Shown: piece by piece, positions 28,215 through 37,235 of the stretch | Numbering within the stretch: the stretch's first letter is position 1 | Layout of the letters: the number at the start of each line of letters is the position of its first letter | IMG/VR virus record: IMGVR_UViG_3300021425_002620 | Reading direction: 5' to 3' (one strand) | Length of the DNA stretch: 64,000 nucleotides | From: a virus | Taxonomy: Duplodnaviria; Caudoviricetes | Notes under the pieces: generated by a model | Seen by the model: only the letters and a program-made list of their open reading frames with translations | Told to the model about the DNA's origin: nothing | Database searches by the model: none | Position numbers and translations under genes: made by a program

Positions 28215-29100
28215 AATTAAAGTTATTGATCAGGATATTGTTTTCCTGAGCTATGACGAACCGAACGCTGAAAAGAATTATGCAGACCTATGTAGTAAAT
28301 TACCATGGGCTAAACGTGTTCACGGTGTACATGGCAGTGATGCAGCACACAAGGCATGTGCTGACATAGCAGAAACAGAATATTTTGTTACTGTAGACGC
28401 AGATAATATAGTTGATCAAGAGTTTTTCCAACAAGTAGTTGATATTGACGAATTGGGATTAACTCCGGATCATGTGTTTAGTTGGTGCGGTAAAGTTCAT
28501 GTTAATGGGCTAATGTACGGCAACGGCGGCTTAAAAATGTGGACACGTAAGTTTGTACATAATATGAAAACACATGAGCACAGTATAGAAGGCGACGAAA
28601 GAGGAAAAGTAGAATTTTGTTTTGATGACAAATATTATCAGTTTAACGAAAACTTTAGTACAAGTTACACTAACGCAACCCCGCAACAGGCATGGAGAGC
28701 GGGCTTTCGAGAAGGTGTTAAAATGAGTTTAGATCAAGGTGCTCGAGCAACTGATATAAAAAAGGTATACTGGCAAAATTTTGATAGACTAAGAATATGG
28801 TGTTCAGTAGGCGCAGATGTTGAAAATGGCCTATGGAGCATATTGGGTGCTAGAGAAGGACTGTATAAAACAATGTGTAGAGATTGGGATTATGCAGAAG
28901 TAAGAGATTTCGAATGGCTTAATAACTATTGGAAAGAAGTTGAAGCACGTACTTCTGATGTTCAAAAACATATTAAAAAAATAGGTGAAAAAATAAAAAG
29001 AGATTTGGACATTGAGATAGCAGATCTTGATGCAGAAGGATCTAAGTTTTTTAAAGCAGTCTATAATAATACTCCAAGGATAATTAGAAGAGCCAAATGA
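28207..29100 (+). CDS. GT-A-like glycosyltransferase family protein
   Basis: DIVFLSYDEPNA...AKRVHGVHG...AH...VTVDADN (DxD); paralog of the C-terminal domain of 33726..35687. ATG 28207 is preferred over TTG 28204. Confidence 0.6.
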   Translation: MAKIKVIDQDIVFLSYDEPNAEKNYADLCSKLPWAKRVHGVHGSDAAHKACADIAETEYFVTVDADNIVDQEFFQQVVDIDELGLTPDHVFSWCGKVHVNGLMYGNGGLKMWTRKFVHNMKTHEHSIEGDERGKVEFCFDDKYYQFNENFSTSYTNATPQQAWRAGFREGVKMSLDQGARATDIKKVYWQNFDRLRIWCSVGADVENGLWSILGAREGLYKTMCRDWDYAEVRDFEWLNNYWKEVEARTSDVQKHIKKIGEKIKRDLDIEIADLDAEGSKFFKAVYNNTPRIIRRAK

Positions 29101-30482
29101 ACAACGAGCTAATACGTATAAAAGAAATTATGCCAAAGGTAGAAGCCCAAACTTCTCCTACATTTTGTTTGGCTAAATGGCACCATACTACGATCTATTT
29201 ACAAACAGGTGAAACACATAGTTGTTATCACCCTGCCCCTCATAAGATTCCGCTTGAAGGTTTAGATACCAATCCAAGTCAGTTACACAATACACCTGAG
29301 AAGAAGCAACAACGCAAACAAATGTTACAAGGTGAAAAACCTAGCGGCTGTCAATATTGTTGGAATATAGAATGCATGGGCAACGATTATGTTAGTGACA
29401 GGCATATAAAAACTTCAAGTATTTACACTGAAGAACGTATGAAGGAAATAAAAACAAATCCTTGGAACTTTGATGTAAATCCGGAATACATAGAAATTAA
29501 CTTTTCAAACGAATGTAATTTTAAATGTGGATATTGTCACCCTAAATTTAGTAGTCGATACTATAATGAAATTAAACAATTTGGCCCTTATAAAGATAGC
29601 ACAGAACATCGTAATGATATTGATTGGTTCGAGCTTTATGAAGAAGATGAAAATCCTTATGTACGTGCATGGTGGGAGTGGTGGCCTGAGGTTAGTAAAA
29701 CACTAAACATATTGCGTGTTACCGGCGGCGAGCCCTTAATGCATAAAAGCACTTGGAGATTGTTACAAGAACTAGAACAAAATCCTAAGCCACATCTTAA
29801 CATTGAAATGAATAGCAACATGGGTGTCAAAAATAGTTTAGTTGTTAAACTAGTAGATAAAATTAAACATTTAAAAGAAACTGGGTGCATTCGAAGTTTT
29901 AAATTGTATACAAGCATTGACACATGGGGACCTCGTGCAGAATACACACGTACTGGTTTAGATATAGAGCTTTGGGAAAAGAACTTAGACTATTATCTAA
30001 GTAATACAGGGTGGCCTGTTACATTTATGATTACATTTAATTTGTTTGCAGTGACAAGTTTTAATTTGTTACTAGAAAAGATATTAGAGTGGCGAACAAA
30101 ATATAATACAGATGATAATGAAACTCAATGGCAGCGTGTACGTTTTGACACACCATATCTAAAAGAACCATTACAGTTTGATATGAATATTCTTCCTAAA
30201 GACGAATTTATGCCGTATATGCACAAGCACTTAGAGTACATTAAAAACAATATGGATGACGCAGACCGTACTAAGTTTAGTTCGTTAGAGTATGAGCGTT
30301 TTAGACGTGTTGTAGACTATATGCAAAACACAATTTATGATGACGAAAAACTTTTAAAAGGCCGCAAAAATTTCTATACATGGTTTACAGAATATGACAA
30401 TCGTAGAAATACAGATATAGTTGAAGTATTTCCAGAATTAGAAGAATTTTATGAGGAATGTTTTTTATGCCTAAGTCATTAA
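29097..30482 (+). CDS. Radical SAM protein with N-terminal twitch-like Cys domain
   Basis: CNFKCGYC (CxxxCxxC) and VTGGEP; N-terminal FCLAKW...HSCYH...GCQYCW. Confidence 0.85.
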   Translation: MNNELIRIKEIMPKVEAQTSPTFCLAKWHHTTIYLQTGETHSCYHPAPHKIPLEGLDTNPSQLHNTPEKKQQRKQMLQGEKPSGCQYCWNIECMGNDYVSDRHIKTSSIYTEERMKEIKTNPWNFDVNPEYIEINFSNECNFKCGYCHPKFSSRYYNEIKQFGPYKDSTEHRNDIDWFELYEEDENPYVRAWWEWWPEVSKTLNILRVTGGEPLMHKSTWRLLQELEQNPKPHLNIEMNSNMGVKNSLVVKLVDKIKHLKETGCIRSFKLYTSIDTWGPRAEYTRTGLDIELWEKNLDYYLSNTGWPVTFMITFNLFAVTSFNLLLEKILEWRTKYNTDDNETQWQRVRFDTPYLKEPLQFDMNILPKDEFMPYMHKHLEYIKNNMDDADRTKFSSLEYERFRRVVDYMQNTIYDDEKLLKGRKNFYTWFTEYDNRRNTDIVEVFPELEEFYEECFLCLSH

Positions 30483-31735
30483 ACTTTATGTATGAATGGA
30501 TAGGACCAAAAGGACCTCTTACTAATAATAGACTGCCTACTATTGCAGACTTTTCCTATGCACAATTTAGATATAAAGAAAAAGATTATTCACAAGATCC
30601 GTTTTTTTATGAAATGTTTAACAACTACAATATTGTTCCTATATTTAGTACTAATAAAGATTTGATAAATTTGTATGAAATAAATTTTAGTGGTTATCAT
30701 TATCGAGACTGGACTAGAATTATAGAAGATGCATTTTCACAAGGCAACAAAATTATAGAAAAAGCAATAAATTTTAAAAAAAATTATATAGTAGTCACAA
30801 TTCCTTTTGAAGGATGGGTACATGATAAAATGTTTGATATGTTGTATACACAATTTAGTAAACATAAAATTCCTTTAGACCGAGTAATATACGTATCTAA
30901 TTGTCAAAATGTTCAAGAAATGCATATTGCTTACTGTAAAGAAAGGGGAAAAGATGCGTTATTAAATGTAGAGTATATTCCAACTTGTAGAATACAACAA
31001 ACAGGAGTTGAAGAACCGTTGCGAGAAAGAAAAAACACTCCTTATGTTCCTGGACCTAGAAAAAAAGATTTTCTGTGTTTCCAGCGTCGATGGAGTGATC
31101 ACAGACTAGTGTTCTTTTTAAGTATGTGGCGTAAAGGACTATTGGATAACTTTTATATGAGTATGTCTGATAAACAACCTGAATCAGGTGCAAGTTTTGA
31201 AAGCAATATGAAGCATGTTGCAAATCGTCGCCCTATTTTTCAAATTACAGACGATGAAATTGAAAAATCTAAACAAGCTCTTCCTCTTATTTTAGACACT
31301 ACTAATTTTGACAGGTATCCAATGGAGTCAAGTGCTAACGATGTTCAACAATACTATAAAGACTCTATGATTAATATTATTAGTGAAACAAATTTCTTTA
31401 CTCCAGAAATACATTTAAACGAAAAAACCTACAAGCCAATAGCATTTAAACAACCTTTTATAATGATGTCTGCGCCATATAGTTTGCAGCATCTCAAAGA
31501 TGTTGGATTTAAGACTTTCGATCGTTGGTGGAGTGAAGATTACGATTTAATAACAAACAATGATGATCGCATGTTAGAAATAAATAGCATAGTAGAAGAA
31601 ATTACCAACTGGAGCGACGAAAAGAAAGTACAGTTTACGCACGAAGTAAAAGATATTGTTGAATTTAACTGCGAACATCTAGCAACAATGTCGCATCCAG
31701 AAGTTAAACATTTTGAGGAAAAATATGGAAACTAG
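30467..31735 (+). CDS. GT10/fucosyltransferase-like glycosyltransferase
   Basis: FLCFQRRWSDHR...YKDSMINIISET...LNEKTYKPIAFKQPF...GFKTFDRWWSEDYD resembles the GT10 Y..YL.FEN..Y.TEK donor-binding motif. ATG 30467 fits SD GAGGA spacing better than 30458. Confidence 0.5.
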   Translation: MPKSLNFMYEWIGPKGPLTNNRLPTIADFSYAQFRYKEKDYSQDPFFYEMFNNYNIVPIFSTNKDLINLYEINFSGYHYRDWTRIIEDAFSQGNKIIEKAINFKKNYIVVTIPFEGWVHDKMFDMLYTQFSKHKIPLDRVIYVSNCQNVQEMHIAYCKERGKDALLNVEYIPTCRIQQTGVEEPLRERKNTPYVPGPRKKDFLCFQRRWSDHRLVFFLSMWRKGLLDNFYMSMSDKQPESGASFESNMKHVANRRPIFQITDDEIEKSKQALPLILDTTNFDRYPMESSANDVQQYYKDSMINIISETNFFTPEIHLNEKTYKPIAFKQPFIMMSAPYSLQHLKDVGFKTFDRWWSEDYDLITNNDDRMLEINSIVEEITNWSDEKKVQFTHEVKDIVEFNCEHLATMSHPEVKHFEEKYGN

Positions 31736-32699
31736 AAAAGTATTAGTTTGTGGCGCAGGCGGATTTATTGGCGCACATTTGGTAAAAGACCTTAAAGATA
31801 GAGGTTTTTATGTTATCGGTGCCGATCTAGAGCATCCTAAGTATGCAGAAACAGCCGCTGACGAGTTTCATATTGCGGATCTAAGAGATCAGTATGAAGT
31901 TGCTCAACTAGTAACTAATGACTTATATGAAATATATCAGCTTGCTGCGGATATGGGCGGAGCAGGTTATATCTTTACAGGCGAAAATGATGCTGACATT
32001 ATGCATAATTCGGCAACTATCAATCTAAACATTGTAAATGAAATGGTTAAGAAGGGAGTTAAGCGAGTATTTTATAGTTCAAGTGCTTGCATGTATCCGC
32101 AACAATTACAAACAGGTGATGTTGCAGATCCTTCTCTCATCGAAAGTCAAGCATATCCTGCAGATCCAGACAGCGATTACGGTTGGGAAAAATTGTTTAG
32201 TGAAAGATTGTATCTAGCATATGCACGTAACTACGGGCTACACGTAAGAATCGCTAGGCTTCATAATATATACGGTCCTGAAGGATCATGGAATAATGGT
32301 AAAGAAAAATCTCCAGCAGCACTTTGTCGTAAAGTAGCAGAAAGCGAAAACGGAGAAATTGAAGTATGGGGACCAGGAACACAAAAAAGAACATTTTTGT
32401 ATATTGACGAGTGCATAAAAGGCATTGATCGTATTATGAATGGTTCGTATGAGTACCCGTTAAATCTTGGTAGTCAAAGAATGATATCAATCAATGACCT
32501 TGCATATATGATTAGCAGTATTGCCAGAAAAAATATTAAAATTAAAAATACAGACGGACCTCTTGGCGTAATGGGCAGAAGAAGCCATAACGGTTTAATT
32601 AAAAAGAATATAGGTTGGGCACCTGACGAAGATCTAGAGTATGGATTGAAGAAAACATACGACTGGATATTGGAGCAAGTGCGGAATGCGGCTACCTAA
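31725..32699 (+). CDS. GDP-mannose 3,5-epimerase-like NAD-dependent epimerase
   Basis: GAGGFIG; LAADMGG; YSSSACMYP; YGWEK; HNIYGP; GKEKSPAALCRK, matching plant GME catalytic Cys/Tyr/Lys motifs. ATG 31725 follows SD GAGG. Confidence 0.85.
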   Translation: METRKVLVCGAGGFIGAHLVKDLKDRGFYVIGADLEHPKYAETAADEFHIADLRDQYEVAQLVTNDLYEIYQLAADMGGAGYIFTGENDADIMHNSATINLNIVNEMVKKGVKRVFYSSSACMYPQQLQTGDVADPSLIESQAYPADPDSDYGWEKLFSERLYLAYARNYGLHVRIARLHNIYGPEGSWNNGKEKSPAALCRKVAESENGEIEVWGPGTQKRTFLYIDECIKGIDRIMNGSYEYPLNLGSQRMISINDLAYMISSIARKNIKIKNTDGPLGVMGRRSHNGLIKKNIGWAPDEDLEYGLKKTYDWILEQVRNAAT

Positions 32700-33708
32700 T
32701 ACAGTATCTTTTACACCTTGGTATAATTCAGCAAGTGAAATAGAAGAAAAAGTTTTAAATGATAGAGTAGATATAATTAACTTTTTCTATTTCTACGAAG
32801 GCGAACTTCCTAAAATTACACAAAAAGTAGTTGATACAATTAATAGAAAAAATATTACTTGTAATATAGTTCTTGCGTCTCCTATAGACTATCAAAAAAA
32901 AGTTGTAAAACAACTTGGTATAAACAAAGAACTATGTAATTTTGAAGAGTGGTTAGACTTTTTTATTTTGTTTGCATATCATAATATGCATCATCATCCT
33001 AATTTTTATACCAATGCTAAAAAGTACCTAAACGATTATGACTATAAGTTTACCATACCATATTCTTGTTTTAATCATAGAGCAAAAGAACACAGAGTTA
33101 AATTAATAGATCAACTAGCAAAAGAAAAAATATTAGATAAAGGTCTTGTGTCGTTTTTAGGTGCAGGAAATCATAACGTAAAATTTGAACATTACAATGG
33201 CAGGGTGTTAAAACTAGGTGATAATTTTGATCAAGATCATCCTTATATTTTTAATAAAAAATACTTTGAAAGTTTTTTACATGTTGCTACAGAATCGTGG
33301 ACTGAAAACTTTTTTCTAACAGAAAAAACTACAATGAGATTATTATTTGGATTACCATTCTTAACTTTAGGCTGTAGACATTTTCATAAAAAATTAGAAG
33401 ACATGGGATTTGTTTTATATGACGAAATTTTTGATTACTCATTTGATAATGAACAATCTTTAGACAAACGTATAAACGGAATAGTTAAAAATATTCGTCA
33501 TGTTCTTAATAACGATGTTAATGATATGTATCAAAAAATTAAACCTGCTCTCGAATGGAATAGAACATTAGCATTAGAATATGTAAAGGGAAAAACAATT
33601 CCAAAATCAGTAAAAAGACAGATGATCTTGTCTTCTGCCAAAACCAATCGAACAGGATTAGATTTTGATCTTTATTCTATGTCATCTTACTTGACAGAAA
33701 CAACATAA
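32686..33708 (+). CDS. GT10/fucosyltransferase-like glycosyltransferase, paralog of 30467..31735
   Basis: SCFNHRAKEHR...YFESFLHVATES...FLTEKT...GFVLYDEIFDYSFD. Confidence 0.5.
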   Translation: MRLPNTVSFTPWYNSASEIEEKVLNDRVDIINFFYFYEGELPKITQKVVDTINRKNITCNIVLASPIDYQKKVVKQLGINKELCNFEEWLDFFILFAYHNMHHHPNFYTNAKKYLNDYDYKFTIPYSCFNHRAKEHRVKLIDQLAKEKILDKGLVSFLGAGNHNVKFEHYNGRVLKLGDNFDQDHPYIFNKKYFESFLHVATESWTENFFLTEKTTMRLLFGLPFLTLGCRHFHKKLEDMGFVLYDEIFDYSFDNEQSLDKRINGIVKNIRHVLNNDVNDMYQKIKPALEWNRTLALEYVKGKTIPKSVKRQMILSSAKTNRTGLDFDLYSMSSYLTETT

Positions 33709-33719
33709 GGCTGTATAGT
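33691..33719 (+). promoter_or_regulatory. Sigma70-type promoter TTGACA-N17-TATAGT
   Basis: TTGACA 33691-33696, TATAGT 33714-33719; ATG 33726 lies 6 nt after the -10 box (predicted +1). Confidence 0.75.
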
Positions 33720-33725
33720 AATAAG

Positions 33726-35687
33726 ATGTATGATATCTTTTTTATAGGATCAAAAACAGATAACGGCTGGCATGAACTAAGGCAGAGATTTCCTTTTGCT
33801 AAAATTTCTACTGACTTTGAATCAGCACAAAAAACTTCTTTAACAAAGTTTTTATGGATAGTTTGGAATGACGTTAAAATCCTTGATACATTTTCTTTTG
33901 ACTATCAAATAGATGAATGGAGTGAAGAATACACACACTTATTTAAAAATGGTGATGTTTATGATGGAATTTGTTTGCTACACAAGGATTTACACGTTAG
34001 TAAGAAAGAAGTAAAGCATAGATTTTTTGTAAACAAAAAAGAAGTTGATATTGTAGCAAGTATTCCTAGGCCTTATGATAAATTTAGTCCTTCGACCTAT
34101 GATGAATATTTAGAATGTGCAGCAAACAGTACAACAGATATGTTTTGGGCAATCTGGGACGATGTTGATCTTGACTATAATTTAGATTATTATGTTCCTG
34201 CATATGATACGTATCATAAAAAAATTACACATATATTTTTAAATGGCGAAACACAAGACGGTATTTGTCTTTTTAGCAAAACAGAAACAGTTACAAAAAA
34301 AGAATTTGATCATCGTTTTTTTGTAAACAAAAAAGAAGTTGATATTGTAGCAAGTACACCAAAACCCTACCCTGTATATCATATAGATACGTATGAAGAT
34401 TATCAAACAGCATTAGAAAGTTCGCCAACGCAAATGTTTTGGTGCATTTGGAAAAATGTAGAAGTAATCGATCCTACAATATACTCTTTATATTTTAGTT
34501 ACCATAATAGTTATGATAGAAATGAAAATCATGTATGGTCTAATCTGTGTAATGATACAGTAAGTTATCATGGTGGTATAATACTAGCATCAAAAAATAA
34601 ACCTATTTCTAAAAAAGAAATAGAACATAGATTTATTATCAACAGAAAGGAACATGAACAACCTATTAGTCGATATCGCTATCCTAGATATATTATTAGA
34701 AGCTATGACGATTATTTAGAAATAGCAGAAAAAGAAACTAGTCCTTTATTTTGGTGTGTTTGGAATAATGTAGAAATATTAGACGATAGTATATTTGATT
34801 TTTACTATAATCCTACAGATGGCAGATATGATGCTGATAGAGAAATGCATCATGTATACAAACACATATTTAGAAATGAAGAAACTTATCATAACGGAGT
34901 ATTTTTAGCAACAACTAAACATACCATTGGCAAACGAGAGTTTGACCATAAGTATGTTATTACACGTAAAGAGCATGACGAAGTCATTTCAAAATTACGT
35001 CCTTATGATATTGTGTTTATTAGTTATAATGAACCCGATGCTGATGATAATTTTAAAAAATTAAAAGAAAGATTTCCAAGGGCAAAACGTGTACACGGTG
35101 TAACAGGAATACATCAAGCTCACATCGAAGCAGCAAAACTTTGCGATACTGAAATGGTTTGGATTGTTGATGGCGATGCACATATTGTAGAAGATTTTGA
35201 TTTTAGCCATGAAGCAAACACTTATGAAATTGATACTGTACATGTTTGGCAGAGTCAAAACCCAATAAATAATCTTGTTTACGGTTATGGTGGAGTAAAA
35301 CTTTTGCCAAGAGATTTAACTTTAAACATGAACGTAGACACTGCTGATATGACTACTAGTATTAGCGATAAATTTAAGTCAATGCCTGACGTGTCAAACA
35401 TTACAGCATTTAATACTGATGAATTTAGCACTTGGAAAAGTGCATTTAGAGAATGTGTAAAACTAGCATCAAAAACTATTAAAGGACAAATAGATGATGA
35501 AACTGAAAAAAGATTGGAAATCTGGTGTACACAAGGAGACGAAGCTCGCTTTGGAAGGTATGCTATTAGCGGTGCTTGCGCTGGTCGTGACTTTGGGTAT
35601 AACAATAGTGATAAGCCAGATAATTTAAAACTTATAAATAATTTTGAGTGGTTATATGAAAAATTTCGAACAAATTCCGTGGACTGA
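33726..35687 (+). CDS. Glycosyltransferase-like protein: four degenerate GT-like repeats plus one intact GT-A-like domain
   Basis: C-terminal PYDIVFISYNEP...AKRVHGVTGIHQAH...WIVDGDA; four upstream ~100-aa units with FW.(I/V)W.(D/N) and H.F.N...Y.G motifs. Confidence 0.65.
   Translation: MYDIFFIGSKTDNGWHELRQRFPFAKISTDFESAQKTSLTKFLWIVWNDVKILDTFSFDYQIDEWSEEYTHLFKNGDVYDGICLLHKDLHVSKKEVKHRFFVNKKEVDIVASIPRPYDKFSPSTYDEYLECAANSTTDMFWAIWDDVDLDYNLDYYVPAYDTYHKKITHIFLNGETQDGICLFSKTETVTKKEFDHRFFVNKKEVDIVASTPKPYPVYHIDTYEDYQTALESSPTQMFWCIWKNVEVIDPTIYSLYFSYHNSYDRNENHVWSNLCNDTVSYHGGIILASKNKPISKKEIEHRFIINRKEHEQPISRYRYPRYIIRSYDDYLEIAEKETSPLFWCVWNNVEILDDSIFDFYYNPTDGRYDADREMHHVYKHIFRNEETYHNGVFLATTKHTIGKREFDHKYVITRKEHDEVISKLRPYDIVFISYNEPDADDNFKKLKERFPRAKRVHGVTGIHQAHIEAAKLCDTEMVWIVDGDAHIVEDFDFSHEANTYEIDTVHVWQSQNPINNLVYGYGGVKLLPRDLTLNMNVDTADMTTSISDKFKSMPDVSNITAFNTDEFSTWKSAFRECVKLASKTIKGQIDDETEKRLEIWCTQGDEARFGRYAISGACAGRDFGYNNSDKPDNLKLINNFEWLYEKFRTNSVD
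34023..34356 (+). repeat. 40-bp exact direct repeat (34023-34062 and 34317-34356)
   Basis: TTTTTTGTAAACAAAAAAGAAGTTGATATTGTAGCAAGTA twice, 294 nt (98 codons) apart, encoding FFVNKKEVDIVAS. Confidence 0.9.
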
Positions 35688-36642
35688 TATAACCCATTTC
35701 GGCCAAAAAACTCTCCTAAAGAGCCATCTTTTCACAGTTTCGTGGATCACCACAAGATATTGTAATTATTCGTGCAGTTATTGCTGGCCTCACGCAAGAT
35801 CTAGTGTCCCTGACACTAAACCCACAGAATTATACTTAAAGACCATGGATAGTATCAAAGCGCAAGCCCGTGCAAATAACTTTACAGATTTTCATTTTAG
35901 TTTCAGTGGCGGAGAACCTACTGCTAATAAACAGTTTATACCGTTAGTTGAACACTATTGTAGTGACATAGAACCAGCGTATCAAAGCATACACATGACC
36001 ACAAATCTATCACCTGGCCATAAATGGTGGGATAAGTACTTACATATAACGGAAAACTTGCAACGCCGCAGTGTAACAGCAAGTTACCATGCAGAATTTG
36101 CAGACGAACAAAAGTTCGGAGACAAATGTTTACAACTCATGGAAGGAGGTGTTTTTGTTACAATTAATCAAGTTATGGTTCCAGAAATGTTTGAAGATCT
36201 TTATCAAAGGCTTGAACGATTTGCCGCCAGAGGCATTAATGTCACTCTCAAACCACAATCCGACCCTACCGCCTCCTACGTGGTACATGGATATACAGAA
36301 GAACAAATTGCAACAATGCGACGAGGATTCCCACAACACTGGCAAGGAGAAGGAGTTGCACAAGTTGCACTCTACGACAGTAAAGGAAACGAGTACGAAA
36401 TAGACCAAGCAGAACGATTTAATGCGTTCGGGTTTAATAAATTTAAAGGATGGTCTTGTAATGCAGGCTATCAAGGAATAATTATCAGAGATACTGAAGT
36501 TAGGCGAAGTCATAGTTGTCATGATGACATACTAGGAACAATCACAGACGGTTTTGAAATTTTTAAAAAACCAACCGAGTGTGTTACTCCTAGTTGTATG
36601 AGTAGTGCCGATAGTAAATTACCAAAGTGGAAAAACCTTTGA
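35656..36642 (+). CDS. Radical SAM protein with C-terminal Cys-rich (SPASM/twitch-like) tail
   Basis: CNYSCSYC; FSGGEP; WSCNAG...HSC...CVTPSC. ATG 35656 is preferred over TTG 35644. Confidence 0.85.
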   Translation: MKNFEQIPWTDITHFGQKTLLKSHLFTVSWITTRYCNYSCSYCWPHARSSVPDTKPTELYLKTMDSIKAQARANNFTDFHFSFSGGEPTANKQFIPLVEHYCSDIEPAYQSIHMTTNLSPGHKWWDKYLHITENLQRRSVTASYHAEFADEQKFGDKCLQLMEGGVFVTINQVMVPEMFEDLYQRLERFAARGINVTLKPQSDPTASYVVHGYTEEQIATMRRGFPQHWQGEGVAQVALYDSKGNEYEIDQAERFNAFGFNKFKGWSCNAGYQGIIIRDTEVRRSHSCHDDILGTITDGFEIFKKPTECVTPSCMSSADSKLPKWKNL

Positions 36643-37235
36643 AAGTTGATATAGAAGATGTATTATTTTGGATGGACGCTATTCGTAATAGTGACGATCG
36701 TTATCGTACACTTGAAAGTTTTTGGAAAGGACAAGTACATAGTAAAGTTTGGCTAATTGAACAGATGCAAGAATATAAAGTTCAAGGTAGTGTTGCTATC
36801 TATGGAGGTTGGAACGGTGTACTTGCAAGTTTGTTGTTTAATAGCGACCTATGTATACCAGAAATTGAAAGTATAGATATAGATCCTGTATGTAAAAAGA
36901 TTGCAGAAACTGTTAATATGCAACAACATATGCAAGGAAGATTTACTGCTACAACAGCAGATATGTGCGAGTACACTGCAGATACAGATATTGCTATAAA
37001 CACTAGTTGCGAACATTTAACACAAGAGCAATATGAAAAATGGTTGAGTAATATTCAACCTGGTACTAAGGTAGTATTACAAAGCAACAATTATTTTGAG
37101 CTAGACGAACATGTAAGATGTGCAAAAAATATGGAAGAATTTGTAAAACAATCAAAAGTATATGTTGCATATGTTGGAGAATTTAAAACACCAAACTATA
37201 CTAGATATATGATTATAGGTCATAAGTTTCGTTAG
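36627..37235 (+). CDS. Class I SAM-dependent methyltransferase-like protein
   Basis: VAIYGGWNGVLA (motif I-like), SIDIDP (acidic beta2 end), INTSCEH. The start may be TTG 36639. Confidence 0.65.
   Translation: MEKPLKVDIEDVLFWMDAIRNSDDRYRTLESFWKGQVHSKVWLIEQMQEYKVQGSVAIYGGWNGVLASLLFNSDLCIPEIESIDIDPVCKKIAETVNMQQHMQGRFTATTADMCEYTADTDIAINTSCEHLTQEQYEKWLSNIQPGTKVVLQSNNYFELDEHVRCAKNMEEFVKQSKVYVAYVGEFKTPNYTRYMIIGHKFR

Noticed and set aside
34023-34356. CRISPR repeats or att sites from the 40-bp direct repeat
   Set aside because: Only two copies, 294 nt apart, in frame inside a coding gene; no cas or integrase genes.
35656-36642. Viperin-like antiviral enzyme (TRxCNYxCxYC resemblance)
   Set aside because: The motif is generic to MoaA-like radical SAM proteins; the C-terminal Cys tail and three paralogs argue for a different family.
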